Assembly: GCA_037128175.1 (NCBI GenBank) | Contig: JBAXWY010000006.1 | Location: forward strand, 1 to 64,000 | Direction: 5' to 3' | DNA length: 64,000 nucleotides | Origin: Methanothrix sp. | Lineage (GTDB): Archaea; Halobacteriota; Methanosarcinia; Methanotrichales; Methanotrichaceae | Shown here: positions 30,848 to 39,846 of the stretch, one piece after another | How positions within the stretch are numbered: the stretch's first letter is position 1 | Layout of the letters: each line of letters opens with the position of its first letter | Program-made: the position numbers and the translations under genes | Notes under the pieces: generated by a model | The model's database searches: none | What the model saw: only the letters and a program-made list of their open reading frames with translations | What the model was told of the DNA's origin: nothing

Positions 30848-31432
30848 TTGTATGGGAGGCATGGTTTGAAAATCGCGGTAGACATTGACGGGGTTCTGGC
30901 AGACCAAGTCAGTGCGGTTCTTTTGGAAATTGAAAAAGATTATGGACAGACGTATTGCAAGAGCGATATTAATCGTGCCCACTGGAGCTTTGCGGGAATA
31001 GAGATATGGACGGAAATAGCCCGGTTGTTGGCCGACCCCGAATACGTTATGCGTGTGCCGTTGATCGAGGGCTCTCAAAAAGCCATAAAGCAGCTTTGCA
31101 GGCATGATCTTCTTGTGGTAACGGCCAGACGGCCCAATGCCGAGGAGGCCACCAGAAGATGGCTGAACTGGCACTTTCCCAGCCTCACGCAATACTATCA
31201 TGCCAGGACCGGCACCAAGCATAATATACCCTCCGACGTGCTGATCGATGACCTGGATATGAACATCGTAGAATTTGTCAGAAGCGATCCCAATCGACGA
31301 GGAATTCTTTTCCTGCACCCCTGGAGCTTAAACGGCACAGATATTGAAGATTATTCCGATCGAGTCTACTATTGCCCGCAATGGCATAGTGTTGTGAAAG
31401 CTATAGATGATATTATGGACGATCAACCTTGA
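30848..31432 (+). CDS. HAD-family 5'(3')-deoxyribonucleotidase-like protein
   Basis: VDIDGVLAD, VTAR, K, LIDD. Confidence 0.88.
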   Translation: MYGRHGLKIAVDIDGVLADQVSAVLLEIEKDYGQTYCKSDINRAHWSFAGIEIWTEIARLLADPEYVMRVPLIEGSQKAIKQLCRHDLLVVTARRPNAEEATRRWLNWHFPSLTQYYHARTGTKHNIPSDVLIDDLDMNIVEFVRSDPNRRGILFLHPWSLNGTDIEDYSDRVYYCPQWHSVVKAIDDIMDDQP

Positions 31433-34005
31433 AAAGACTGCCACAGCTGCTCGCCCCCGCCGGTTCACCGATGGCTCTGCATGCAGCCATCGCCGCTGGT
31501 GCCGATGCCGTTTACCTGAGCGGCAAGAGATTTGGGGCACGAAAATTTGCCGCAAACTTTGATGAGCCCGACTTAGCTAGGGCTATAGACTACGCCCACC
31601 TCCGGAACGTAAAAGTCTATGTGACAGTCAACACCCTCATCAGAGAAAATGAGCTCTACGATGTGGCTGTGTATCTTATCCGCCTTTTTGAGATGGGGGT
31701 AGATGCCGTGCTGCTACAGGATCTGGGGCTAGGCCTGCTGGCAGGCCGCATGGTGCCAGAGCTGGAGAGGCACGCCTCCACCCAGATGACCATTCATAAC
31801 AAAGAAGGTGCTCTCTGGGCGAACCGCGCCGGATTTAAGAGAGCCGTCCTGGCCAGAGAGGTCGGGCTGGATCAGATAAAAACGATGGGGCAAGAGTTGG
31901 AGAATGAGAAGGATACAGCCACGCAGGCAATCGGCCTGGAGGTTTTCGTGCACGGCGCTCTATGCTACTCTTACTCCGGGCAGTGCCTTCTCTCCTCGGC
32001 CATCGGCGGGCGCAGCGGCAACCGGGGCATGTGCGCCCAGCCCTGTAGAAAGCCCTACGTGCTGCTCAGAGGAGAAAAAGACATTTACGGCAGGCCGACC
32101 GGCCTGGCAGCCCAGCCGCAAAGAGAGCGTTTTCTCATATCCACCCGCGACCTTTGCGTTTACCGGCATCTGGACAGGATCGTCCGCTCGCCGATAGAGT
32201 CCCTGAAGATTGAAGGGAGGATGAAGTCCCCGGAGTACGTGGCCATTGTAACCAGCATTTACAAAAGAGCCCTGCAGGCCATTGCCAAAGGCAAGTGGTC
32301 GCCGTCTTCTGAGGATGAAAGAGACCTGGCCTTGTCCTTCAACCGCGACTTCACGAATGGCCACCTGCTGGGGGCCAGGGATGTCATGGGCCGGGAGATG
32401 TCGGACAACCGGGGCGTTCTCATCGGCAGCGTGGCCTCTTTCGATGTGCAGAGAGGCGAGGCGGCAGTAAGGCTCTCCGGCCCCTTTTGCCCTGAGAAGG
32501 GCGACGGTCTGGTCTTTCTGGCTCCTGGCCAAGAGATGGGCCTGGTGGTGCAAAATGTGGTGAAAAAGGATGGCCTGCTGCGGCTGATGACGCCGGAGAG
32601 GGTGCGCCCAGGCAGCAAAGTCTATCTGACGGGCAGCACCGCTCTGGCCAAAAAAGCGCAGGAGATCATCGCCTCCGACAAGATAGAGATCCCCCTGGAT
32701 TTAACCATCATCTGGCAGGAGGGCACGCCTCTGCTGCAGGCCACGCTGGAAGACGGCCGCATCGTTCAGGTCAAAGCCGCCTTTAAAATGGAAAAGGCCA
32801 AAAATCAGCCCACTTCCCGGCAGCAGATCGTTTCGCAGATGCTGCGAACGGGTGGAACGCCTTTTGTCGTCCAAAAGATTGCCATGGACTACGCCGGGGA
32901 TCTTTTCGCTCCCTTAGGTGCCTTAAACCAGGCTCGGCGTGATCTCTTGGAAAAGGTGCAAGAGGCCCTTTTAGAAAAGAGACGCCCCACCAAGGAGAAG
33001 GTAGAGAGAGCGCGAGATATATTGAAAGAACTGAACCTGTCTGCCTCTACGTTTCCAGCCTCTACTGGTCCCACCTCCAATGCCCCGACCACATCGATGG
33101 CCCGCATACCTTCACTGGCCGTCTATGCCGATAGCCTGGAGACTGTGAGGGGCGCCGTGGAAGGAGGATGCCAGCGAGTTTACTTTGAGCCCGTCCTGGG
33201 ATGGGAAGAGAAAGACCGGGCAACAAAGGCCGCGAAGATGATAGAAGAGGCAAAAACAATCTGCGGAAAAGTGCCGCTGATCTGGAAGTGGCCCAAAATC
33301 ACGCACGCAAATTTCTTCAACTTTGCCGGGCCTATGTTGCTGGCCAAGGCAAATGTCGATGGGGTCATGGTGGAGAACGTAGGAGCAGTGCAGGCCGTTA
33401 TGCAAGCTGCCCCCGATGTCCATATTTATGGAGCCTCCGGCCTCAACGTCTGCAATCACCTGACTGTGCAGGCGTTAGCTTCGCCCTTAGAGCAACTCAC
33501 CCTCTCGCCGGAGCTGTCCGCCCGGCAACTGGCCGATACCGTAGCCGCTGTGCGCCTTATCCCGGACGCGCCCCAGATGGAGCTGATGGTGCAGGGTAGC
33601 CAGGAGGTAATGGTAGCCGAGGACTGCATGCCCCTTCCGGCCAACGGAGAATATGATGCAAAAGAATTCTGGGGGCTGCAGGACATGAGACGCATCTTTC
33701 CCCTGCGCCTGGATGATGATAAGAGGACGCATATCTTTAACTCCGCCGAGACCTGCCTGCTCGACCAGATGCCCGAGATCTTCGCCATCGATCTAGATGG
33801 TGTGGCCGTGGACGCACGGGGCCGGACGGGAGAGTACGCCCGCGAGATGACAAAGATTTACAAAAAGGCCATAGATCTTACCGAGAGGGGAGGCGGGACT
33901 CTCCGCCAGGATCTGGAAAGCCTGAAGGAGTCTATACGGCCCCTGGCTCTGGGGGGCATAACCCACGGCCACTTCCAGAAGGGGCTGAAGGATGAGATCA
34001 CTTAG
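31429..34005 (+). CDS. Peptidase U32 family protein with DUF3656 (RlhA-like)
   Basis: LLAPAG, HASTQ, HGALCYSYSGQC, NRGMCAQPCR, KIEGRMK; second degenerate U32 barrel. Confidence 0.9.
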   Translation: MKRLPQLLAPAGSPMALHAAIAAGADAVYLSGKRFGARKFAANFDEPDLARAIDYAHLRNVKVYVTVNTLIRENELYDVAVYLIRLFEMGVDAVLLQDLGLGLLAGRMVPELERHASTQMTIHNKEGALWANRAGFKRAVLAREVGLDQIKTMGQELENEKDTATQAIGLEVFVHGALCYSYSGQCLLSSAIGGRSGNRGMCAQPCRKPYVLLRGEKDIYGRPTGLAAQPQRERFLISTRDLCVYRHLDRIVRSPIESLKIEGRMKSPEYVAIVTSIYKRALQAIAKGKWSPSSEDERDLALSFNRDFTNGHLLGARDVMGREMSDNRGVLIGSVASFDVQRGEAAVRLSGPFCPEKGDGLVFLAPGQEMGLVVQNVVKKDGLLRLMTPERVRPGSKVYLTGSTALAKKAQEIIASDKIEIPLDLTIIWQEGTPLLQATLEDGRIVQVKAAFKMEKAKNQPTSRQQIVSQMLRTGGTPFVVQKIAMDYAGDLFAPLGALNQARRDLLEKVQEALLEKRRPTKEKVERARDILKELNLSASTFPASTGPTSNAPTTSMARIPSLAVYADSLETVRGAVEGGCQRVYFEPVLGWEEKDRATKAAKMIEEAKTICGKVPLIWKWPKITHANFFNFAGPMLLAKANVDGVMVENVGAVQAVMQAAPDVHIYGASGLNVCNHLTVQALASPLEQLTLSPELSARQLADTVAAVRLIPDAPQMELMVQGSQEVMVAEDCMPLPANGEYDAKEFWGLQDMRRIFPLRLDDDKRTHIFNSAETCLLDQMPEIFAIDLDGVAVDARGRTGEYAREMTKIYKKAIDLTERGGGTLRQDLESLKESIRPLALGGITHGHFQKGLKDEIT

Positions 34006-34011
34006 GGCAGA

Positions 34012-34314
34012 TCAGAGGACATAATCCACCACTATCCGGCTCTCACATACTTTGCCGACAAAGTTTGCCACCAAAATGTGTTCAGGCTGCTTCTGATAGC
34101 TGTAAAGGGCTTCTTTGCTCTCGAATTCTGAAACGAGGACCAGATCATAGGCCACGCCCGCCTCCAGAAAGTTGATGCCCACCTCGAAGAACTTAATCTC
34201 CTCGATTTGGGCAGGTAGGGCTTCCAGCTTAGCCTTCAGCACCTTGATATTTGCCGCCTTATCCCTGCCCTCGGCCCATTCTTTGAGCTTGAACATAACG
34301 ATATGCTTGATCAT
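34012..34314 (-). CDS. Dabb (stress-responsive A/B barrel) protein
   Basis: MIKHIVMFKLK, YQKQPEH, VVDY; AGGGAGG RBS. Confidence 0.92.
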   Translation of the reverse strand: MIKHIVMFKLKEWAEGRDKAANIKVLKAKLEALPAQIEEIKFFEVGINFLEAGVAYDLVLVSEFESKEALYSYQKQPEHILVANFVGKVCESRIVVDYVL

Positions 34315-34409
34315 CCGCAAAAGCCTCCCTGCTACCAGGAACAATTCCTCTATTGCGGTCACATGCTTAGTTTATAACGATAATGGTTTTCCCGGTGAGC
34401 AAAGGGCAT

Positions 34410-34527
34410 GCGACTTGTACGCTGCCTGCTTGGCAAAAAGGGCAGCACTGGAGCGAAGAGGAAGAATAAGGAGGGAGGCAAAAGTCGTCTGGATGTAGGA
34501 GGGAGAAAATAGCCATCGACTTTCGCC
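34410..34527 (-). ncRNA. Candidate sRNA with two CUCCCUCCU anti-SD motifs
   Basis: TTAAATA about 25 nt upstream; two hairpins; anti-SD in a loop and in the linker. Confidence 0.5.
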
Positions 34528-34629
34528 AATACACTATACGTCAGTTGACGATATTTAAGGATTTCCGTCAAGAAAGGTCAAGAGCCAGGAATCCTTACCA
34601 AAGAAGATAACAGAAAAGAGCGAAATCAA

Positions 34630-35040
34630 GATATCAGGCAGGCCAGCGCCGAAAGCCACAGCGTCCCTTTTGAAGGAGCCAGTCACCGCAGTGATGGCCT
34701 GACCCTGCCCGAAGCCCGACTAAAAGCCGGAAGGCGGCAGAGCACTGGAATTTGACACAGCGTCCGTTTTAAAGGAACCCGTTCTCATGGGGCCTCGTGC
34801 TCGCCTTACGCCAATGGTTTGCGTCGCGCTCCTGTTTCCCGGTCGTGTATTAGCGTGAGAGATCCCGGCGGATTGCTAGGCCGTTTATGGCATGCAACTT
34901 TCAGCCACCGGATCATTTTACTCACAGGCTCCATAGCCCGAATGCATTGCCACGAAGGCATGCATCTCCTGAAACAGAGCATTATCGGAATTGCGGTTAA
35001 GCCCACGACACGCCCGCCAACCCTTGCAGTACGCGACGAA
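34630..35040 (-). ncRNA. Candidate large (~410 nt) structured ncRNA
   Basis: More than 10 helices with minus-strand G-U pairs; long-range pseudoknot; duplicated 24-nt motif; U-rich tail; no credible ORF. Confidence 0.6.
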
Positions 35041-35041
35041 C

Positions 35042-35064
35042 TATCTATATGATCGTTATAGATA
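35042..35064. promoter_or_regulatory. Palindromic divergent promoter/operator TATCTATA-N7-TATAGATA
   Basis: Perfect 8-bp inverted repeat in an AT-rich gap between two GC-richer structured blocks. Confidence 0.5.
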
Positions 35065-35074
35065 TTTGTAGTTT

Positions 35075-35230
35075 GCGGCTGAGCCTGGGAAGGGATGAAA
35101 AGGAGACGAAGGCACATCCAAACAAGCACTTGCCGTGCGAAAAGACCAGACGGACCAGGTGCTTGAGGTACGTCGCGAACCTCCATTATCTCGCCCTGAT
35201 ATTACCTGCGACGACCAATAATGGGTTCAA
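35075..35230 (+). ncRNA. Candidate ncRNA with a 3' pseudoknot
   Basis: caagcactt/aggtgcttg stem; crossing helices cgtcgc/gcgacg and gaacc..cattat/ataatgggttc. Confidence 0.45.
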
Positions 35231-35359
35231 TCTACTACCTATTCACCTCGAACTACAAAACAGGAGAGCAAACCATTAATTAGCCATGAAGTCATAGTAA
35301 TAGAGCGTGGCATGGATTAAAGAAATGAAATGAAATATGTGAATTTAAGGGTAAGTGAT

Positions 35360-35641
35360 ATGAAGAACTCGATAATATTAGGCTTAATATTCGTGTTGTT
35401 GGCAGGCAGCTCTTTTGCCGTACCTTTGCAGCTAAGCGGGGACTCTGGCCGGGCCATTCTCGGCACAATTGATCTAAACAACAGCACCAACATGGCCAAC
35501 ACCACCAATGAGACACAGCTGTGGAGCTGGGGAAAGCTGCCCATCGGCCATTTTATTAATGCTTCCGGAAAGCTGGCGGCCAACCCCCTCAATGACGATA
35601 GTTTAGTGATCGTGCCGCCACGTTCTGATGCAATGAATTAA
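35360..35641 (+). CDS. Small secreted hypothetical protein
   Basis: Signal peptide MKNSIILGLIFVLLAGSSFA; LWSWGKLPIGH. Confidence 0.75.
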   Translation: MKNSIILGLIFVLLAGSSFAVPLQLSGDSGRAILGTIDLNNSTNMANTTNETQLWSWGKLPIGHFINASGKLAANPLNDDSLVIVPPRSDAMN

Positions 35642-35652
35642 AAAAAGTGTAG

Positions 35653-35726
35653 CGGACCCGCCGGGATTCGAACCCGGGTCCGAGGCTCCGGAGGCCTCTA
35701 TTCTATCCAGACTATACTACGAGTCC
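35653..35726 (-). tRNA. tRNA-Arg(CCG)
   Basis: GGACTCG/CGGGTCC acceptor stem; GAGGC-CTCCGGA-GCCTC anticodon arm; GGTTCGAATCC. Confidence 0.96.
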
Positions 35727-35799
35727 ATTATGAGTAAAATTTTAGAATATATAAGTTAGCGGGCCCTTCAACCCACGGAAGCAGCCCCTAACTAATGAT

Positions 35800-36108
35800 T
35801 TAGCTTTCCAGCACAATCTCAATATTTACATTCTTTGGAACCTGGATTCTCATGAGCTGGCGAAGCGCCCTCTCATCAGCATCCAGATCGATGAGCCTCT
35901 TGTGCACTCTCATTTCCCAGTGATCCCAGGTGGCAGTTCCTTCGCCGTCAGGACTCTTCCTGCAGGGAACCACCATCTTTTTGGTGGGCAGCGGGATGGG
36001 CCCCGCCATGTGAACGCCTGTTCTCTGAGCTATCCCCTTTACCTGGCTGCATATATCGTCCAGCATCAAGGGATTAGTGCCGGAAAGTCGAATTCTTGCC
36101 TTCTGCAT
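35800..36108 (-). CDS. rps10p: 30S ribosomal protein S10
   Basis: [19 protein letters not shown]. Confidence 0.97.
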   Translation of the reverse strand: MQKARIRLSGTNPLMLDDICSQVKGIAQRTGVHMAGPIPLPTKKMVVPCRKSPDGEGTATWDHWEMRVHKRLIDLDADERALRQLMRIQVPKNVNIEIVLES

Positions 36109-36130
36109 GTTTTAACACCAAAAAATTAGT

Positions 36131-37405
36131 TTAGCGTGGTATCACGCTGATGCACATGCCGGCTGCGACGGTAGTGCCCATATCTCGAATGGCGAACCTT
36201 CCCAGTTGAGGAATCTCCTTCACCGGTTCAATGACCATAGGCTTGGAGGGAGTAACCATGATGATGGCCGCATCTCCAGCCTTGATGAAGGCAGGATTCT
36301 CTTCCTTGACCGCGCCGGACCTTGGATCCAGCTTGGCCAGAATGGCAGTGAGGGTGCACGCGATCTGCGCGGTATGGCAGTGGAACACCGGGGTGTATCC
36401 CGCCGATATGGCGCTGGGGTGCTGCAACACTACGATCTGGGCCTTGAACTCCTTGGCCACGGTCGGGGGCTTAGCTACCGATCCGCAAACGTCGCCGCGA
36501 CGAATGTCGTTCTTGGCGACACCGCGCACGTTCCATCCGATGTTGTCGCCGGGGAATGCCTCGGAGACTTCCTCGTGATGCATCTCAATGGACTTGACCT
36601 CGCCAGTAGATCCGGCGGGCTCGAAGATGATCTTGTCGTTCTTTCTCATGACGCCCGTCTCAACACGGCCCACAGGCACCGTACCCACGCCAGATATGGT
36701 GTAGACATCCTGCACCGGTACGCGCAGAGGCAAATTGGTCGGCTTCGCGGGCACCTTGAGGTTGTTCAGGGCTTCCAGAAGGGTTGGGCCCTTGTACCAC
36801 TTCAGGTTGTCACTGGGCTTGGAAAGGTTGTCTCCCATCAGGCCGGATATGGGCACGAAGGGTATATCCTCCACCTTGAATCCAACCATCTTGAGCAGCT
36901 TGCCTACCTCTTCCTTGACCTCGTTGAATCTCTTCTCGTCGAAGGGCGGGGTGGTGGCATCGATCTTGTTCATGCCCACAACAAGCTGGCTGACTCCCAG
37001 TGTCCTGGAAAGGAAGACGTGCTCCTTAGTCTGAGCCATGACGCCGTCCGGGACGGCCACGATCAGCACCGCGGCATCAGCCTGGCTGGCGCCGGTGATC
37101 ATGTTCTTTACGAAGTCCCTGTGACCGGGGCAGTCCACCACGGTAAAGTAGAACTTGGCGGTATCGAAGCGATGATGGGCGATATCAATGGTAACGCCCC
37201 TCTCGCGCTCTTCCTTCAGGCTATCCATGACCCAGGCGAACTCGAAGGTTGCCTTTCCCTTGGATGCTGCTTCTTTCCTGTACTCATCAATGACGTGAGC
37301 GTCTACAGCTCCCGTCTCGAACATCAATCTGCCTACGGTCGTCGACTTGCCGTGATCGACGTGTCCAATGAATGCGAGATTGAGGTGTGGCTTTGCATCT
37401 GCCAT
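36131..37405 (-). CDS. tuf: Elongation factor 1-alpha
   Basis: [37 protein letters not shown]. Confidence 0.98.
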   Translation of the reverse strand: MADAKPHLNLAFIGHVDHGKSTTVGRLMFETGAVDAHVIDEYRKEAASKGKATFEFAWVMDSLKEERERGVTIDIAHHRFDTAKFYFTVVDCPGHRDFVKNMITGASQADAAVLIVAVPDGVMAQTKEHVFLSRTLGVSQLVVGMNKIDATTPPFDEKRFNEVKEEVGKLLKMVGFKVEDIPFVPISGLMGDNLSKPSDNLKWYKGPTLLEALNNLKVPAKPTNLPLRVPVQDVYTISGVGTVPVGRVETGVMRKNDKIIFEPAGSTGEVKSIEMHHEEVSEAFPGDNIGWNVRGVAKNDIRRGDVCGSVAKPPTVAKEFKAQIVVLQHPSAISAGYTPVFHCHTAQIACTLTAILAKLDPRSGAVKEENPAFIKAGDAAIIMVTPSKPMVIEPVKEIPQLGRFAIRDMGTTVAAGMCISVIPR

Positions 37406-37470
37406 AATTTATCTCCTCCAACTGGCACTATCAATATTTTTCAGTATTTCATCTTTTCTAGAGGTCGCGC

Positions 37471-39666
37471 TCAAACGACCTTCAGGTAATCGGAAGGTTT
37501 GGGCATCTCAGGTTTCAGGCCCTTTCTGGTCCGAATCTGCTTGACGGTATCTTGCAGCAGGTTAGCGGGCAAGGGCTCAAATCCAGCGAACTCAGAGGAC
37601 CAGAGTGCTCTGCCTTCGGTGGCCGACCTTATGGCCCCGGAGAATCCGAACATTTGAGCCACAGGCATCTTGGATTTAAGGATAATCATATCGCCCTGGC
37701 TGTCCATGTTCAGGATAACGCCTCTCCTTCCCTGGATCTCAGACATGGCTCCACCCATTTGATCCTGAGGCACCTGTATATAGACATTCTGGAAGGGCTC
37801 CAATAAAACCGGATCCGCCATGAGTATTCCCGCCTGCACGGCTTGCCTTACCGCAGGAATGACCTGAGCGGGGCCACGGTGCACTGCATCCTCGTGCAGC
37901 TTTACATCTACGATTTTGGCTTTTATACCCTGCGCGGGTTCCCTGCAGATGGGGCCGTTCTTCAGCGCTTCCTCGAAGCCCTCTAAGATGAGCTCCATAG
38001 TCTCTCTCAGGTACTGGATACCTTTGGTCATGTTGAGCAACATGTTGGTGCCAAAGTATCCGACAATGCTCTTCGCTTCCTCTTTTCCCATGCCGTTCTC
38101 GAGGAGAACCTTCCTGCGCTCAACCTCTTCCATCTTCATGCTGATCTTGCCTTCTTTCAAGGCCTCGATCACGCCCGGTTCCAGGGGCTCAAACTCGATG
38201 TAGAAACGGTTGTGGTGGTTAGGTGACTTGCCTTCCACTGGTCCAGCTCTGCCGCCCACGGACTCACGATATACGACGATTGGTGGAGAAGTCTTCAGCT
38301 CCACGCCGCGATCGCGCTGCAGCCTGGTCACAGTTACATCCAGATGCAGCTCGCCCATGCCAGCCAGGAGGTGCTCGCCGGTCTCCTCGTTGATGGTGAC
38401 CTGCAGGGTTGGGTCCTCTTTGGCGATCTGCCTTAAGACCTCTACAACCTTTGGCAGGTCGCGGGTGTTCTTGGCCTCGACGGCTACGGTCATGACCGGT
38501 TCAGAGACATGCTTGATCTGCTCGAAAGGCGTCATGTTCTGTTCTGAAGAGATGGTAGATCCTACGATGGCATCTCTTAGACCAGTCACGGCAGCAATGT
38601 TTCCGGCTGGTATCTCCTCTACCTCAACCCTCTCCGCACCCATGACGATACCCGTCTGCTGAATACGATTGGTATCGACCACGCCGGATACATACAGCTC
38701 CATGCCGCGATGCAGGGTTCCAGAGAAGAGCCTGCCCGTGGCTACCTCGCCTGCATGCGGGTCGATCTTCAACTTATTGATCATGAATGCGACAGGACCT
38801 TTTGGGTCGCAGGTAGCCATGGCTCTTCCCACGTCACTATCCCAATTGCCATGCCAGATGACCTTGACTCTCTCCTTTTGGGCATCGATGGGGCTGGGCA
38901 AGAACTTGACTACCATATCGTTTACGGCAATATAAAGCGGGACCTTCTCGGCCAGCTCCTTCATCTTTCCTGCCCGGCAGTATTCGACGACCTGCTCAAA
39001 GCCGATGCCCGTCTTCTTCATCTGAGGCACGCTGATGGCCCAATTATAGAGAGCCGACCCAAAGGCGATATTTCCCCGAGCAGCATCCAGCTTCCAGCCG
39101 GCTTTATATTTCTCTTCATCCATTCCTTGGATGAGCTTGTTGACATTGTCAATGACCTTGCCCAGGCGCATGGCCATATCTTTCGGCTCAACTTTCAGCT
39201 CATTGATCATGCGGTCCACTTTATTGACGAAAAGGACCGGCCTGACACCTTCCTTGAGAGCCTGTCGCAGCACAGTCTCCGTCTGAGGCATGGCGCCCTC
39301 AACGGCATCCACTACAACCACTGCGCCGTCAACCGCCCGCATCGCCCGAGTAACGTCGCCTCCAAAGTCCACGTGGCCGGGAGTATCAATCATGTTGATG
39401 AGATATTCCTTGCCATCTATCTCGTGAACCATGGATACATTGGCAGCATCGATAGTAATTCCGCGCGCCTGCTCCAGGGGATCGAAATCCATGAAGAGCT
39501 GCTTGCCTGCCAGATCCATGGAGATCATGCCTGCGCCTCCCAGAAGGTTATCAGAAAGGGTTGTCTTGCCGTGATCGATATGTGCTACGATTCCGATGTT
39601 CCGGATAAACTCAGGCTTGTCCATCAGAGTCGTTACACGTTCTGCTATTTTCTTCCTCTTGCCCAT
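37471..39666 (-). CDS. fusA: Elongation factor 2
   Basis: [17 protein letters not shown], diphthamide motif [11 protein letters not shown]; start taken as MGKRKK. Confidence 0.97.
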   Translation of the reverse strand: MGKRKKIAERVTTLMDKPEFIRNIGIVAHIDHGKTTLSDNLLGGAGMISMDLAGKQLFMDFDPLEQARGITIDAANVSMVHEIDGKEYLINMIDTPGHVDFGGDVTRAMRAVDGAVVVVDAVEGAMPQTETVLRQALKEGVRPVLFVNKVDRMINELKVEPKDMAMRLGKVIDNVNKLIQGMDEEKYKAGWKLDAARGNIAFGSALYNWAISVPQMKKTGIGFEQVVEYCRAGKMKELAEKVPLYIAVNDMVVKFLPSPIDAQKERVKVIWHGNWDSDVGRAMATCDPKGPVAFMINKLKIDPHAGEVATGRLFSGTLHRGMELYVSGVVDTNRIQQTGIVMGAERVEVEEIPAGNIAAVTGLRDAIVGSTISSEQNMTPFEQIKHVSEPVMTVAVEAKNTRDLPKVVEVLRQIAKEDPTLQVTINEETGEHLLAGMGELHLDVTVTRLQRDRGVELKTSPPIVVYRESVGGRAGPVEGKSPNHHNRFYIEFEPLEPGVIEALKEGKISMKMEEVERRKVLLENGMGKEEAKSIVGYFGTNMLLNMTKGIQYLRETMELILEGFEEALKNGPICREPAQGIKAKIVDVKLHEDAVHRGPAQVIPAVRQAVQAGILMADPVLLEPFQNVYIQVPQDQMGGAMSEIQGRRGVILNMDSQGDMIILKSKMPVAQMFGFSGAIRSATEGRALWSSEFAGFEPLPANLLQDTVKQIRTRKGLKPEMPKPSDYLKVV

Positions 39667-39846
39667 AATACGCCTCGCGAAGTTTAAGATAAAGGTTAAA
39701 TCCAGACTAGGACTCAGATTCCTCGGACTCAATCTATTTAAGCCTTCGGCCATCTCAGGGCGGTTTCAAAATCGAATATGGCGCGAAATTATAATTATGG
39801 ATAAAGCTTAAATCGCGGCGAGAAAAGCAGATCAACGGTTTTTACG

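Noticed and set aside
34630-35040. RNase P, SRP, group I intron or SAM-I riboswitch identity for the large RNA
   Set aside because: No GAGGAA/AACAGAA P4 pair, no SRP helix 8 motif and no P7 consensus; only fragmentary SAM-I-like words.
34806-35279. ORFs of 76-126 aa in the ncRNA cluster
   Set aside because: Overlapping on both strands, atypical composition, no RBS or motifs.
36206-37489. Long antisense ORFs (427 aa opposite tuf; also opposite fusA, purM, nadA, pycB and others)
   Set aside because: Shadow frames of GC-rich, codon-biased genes; no protein motifs.
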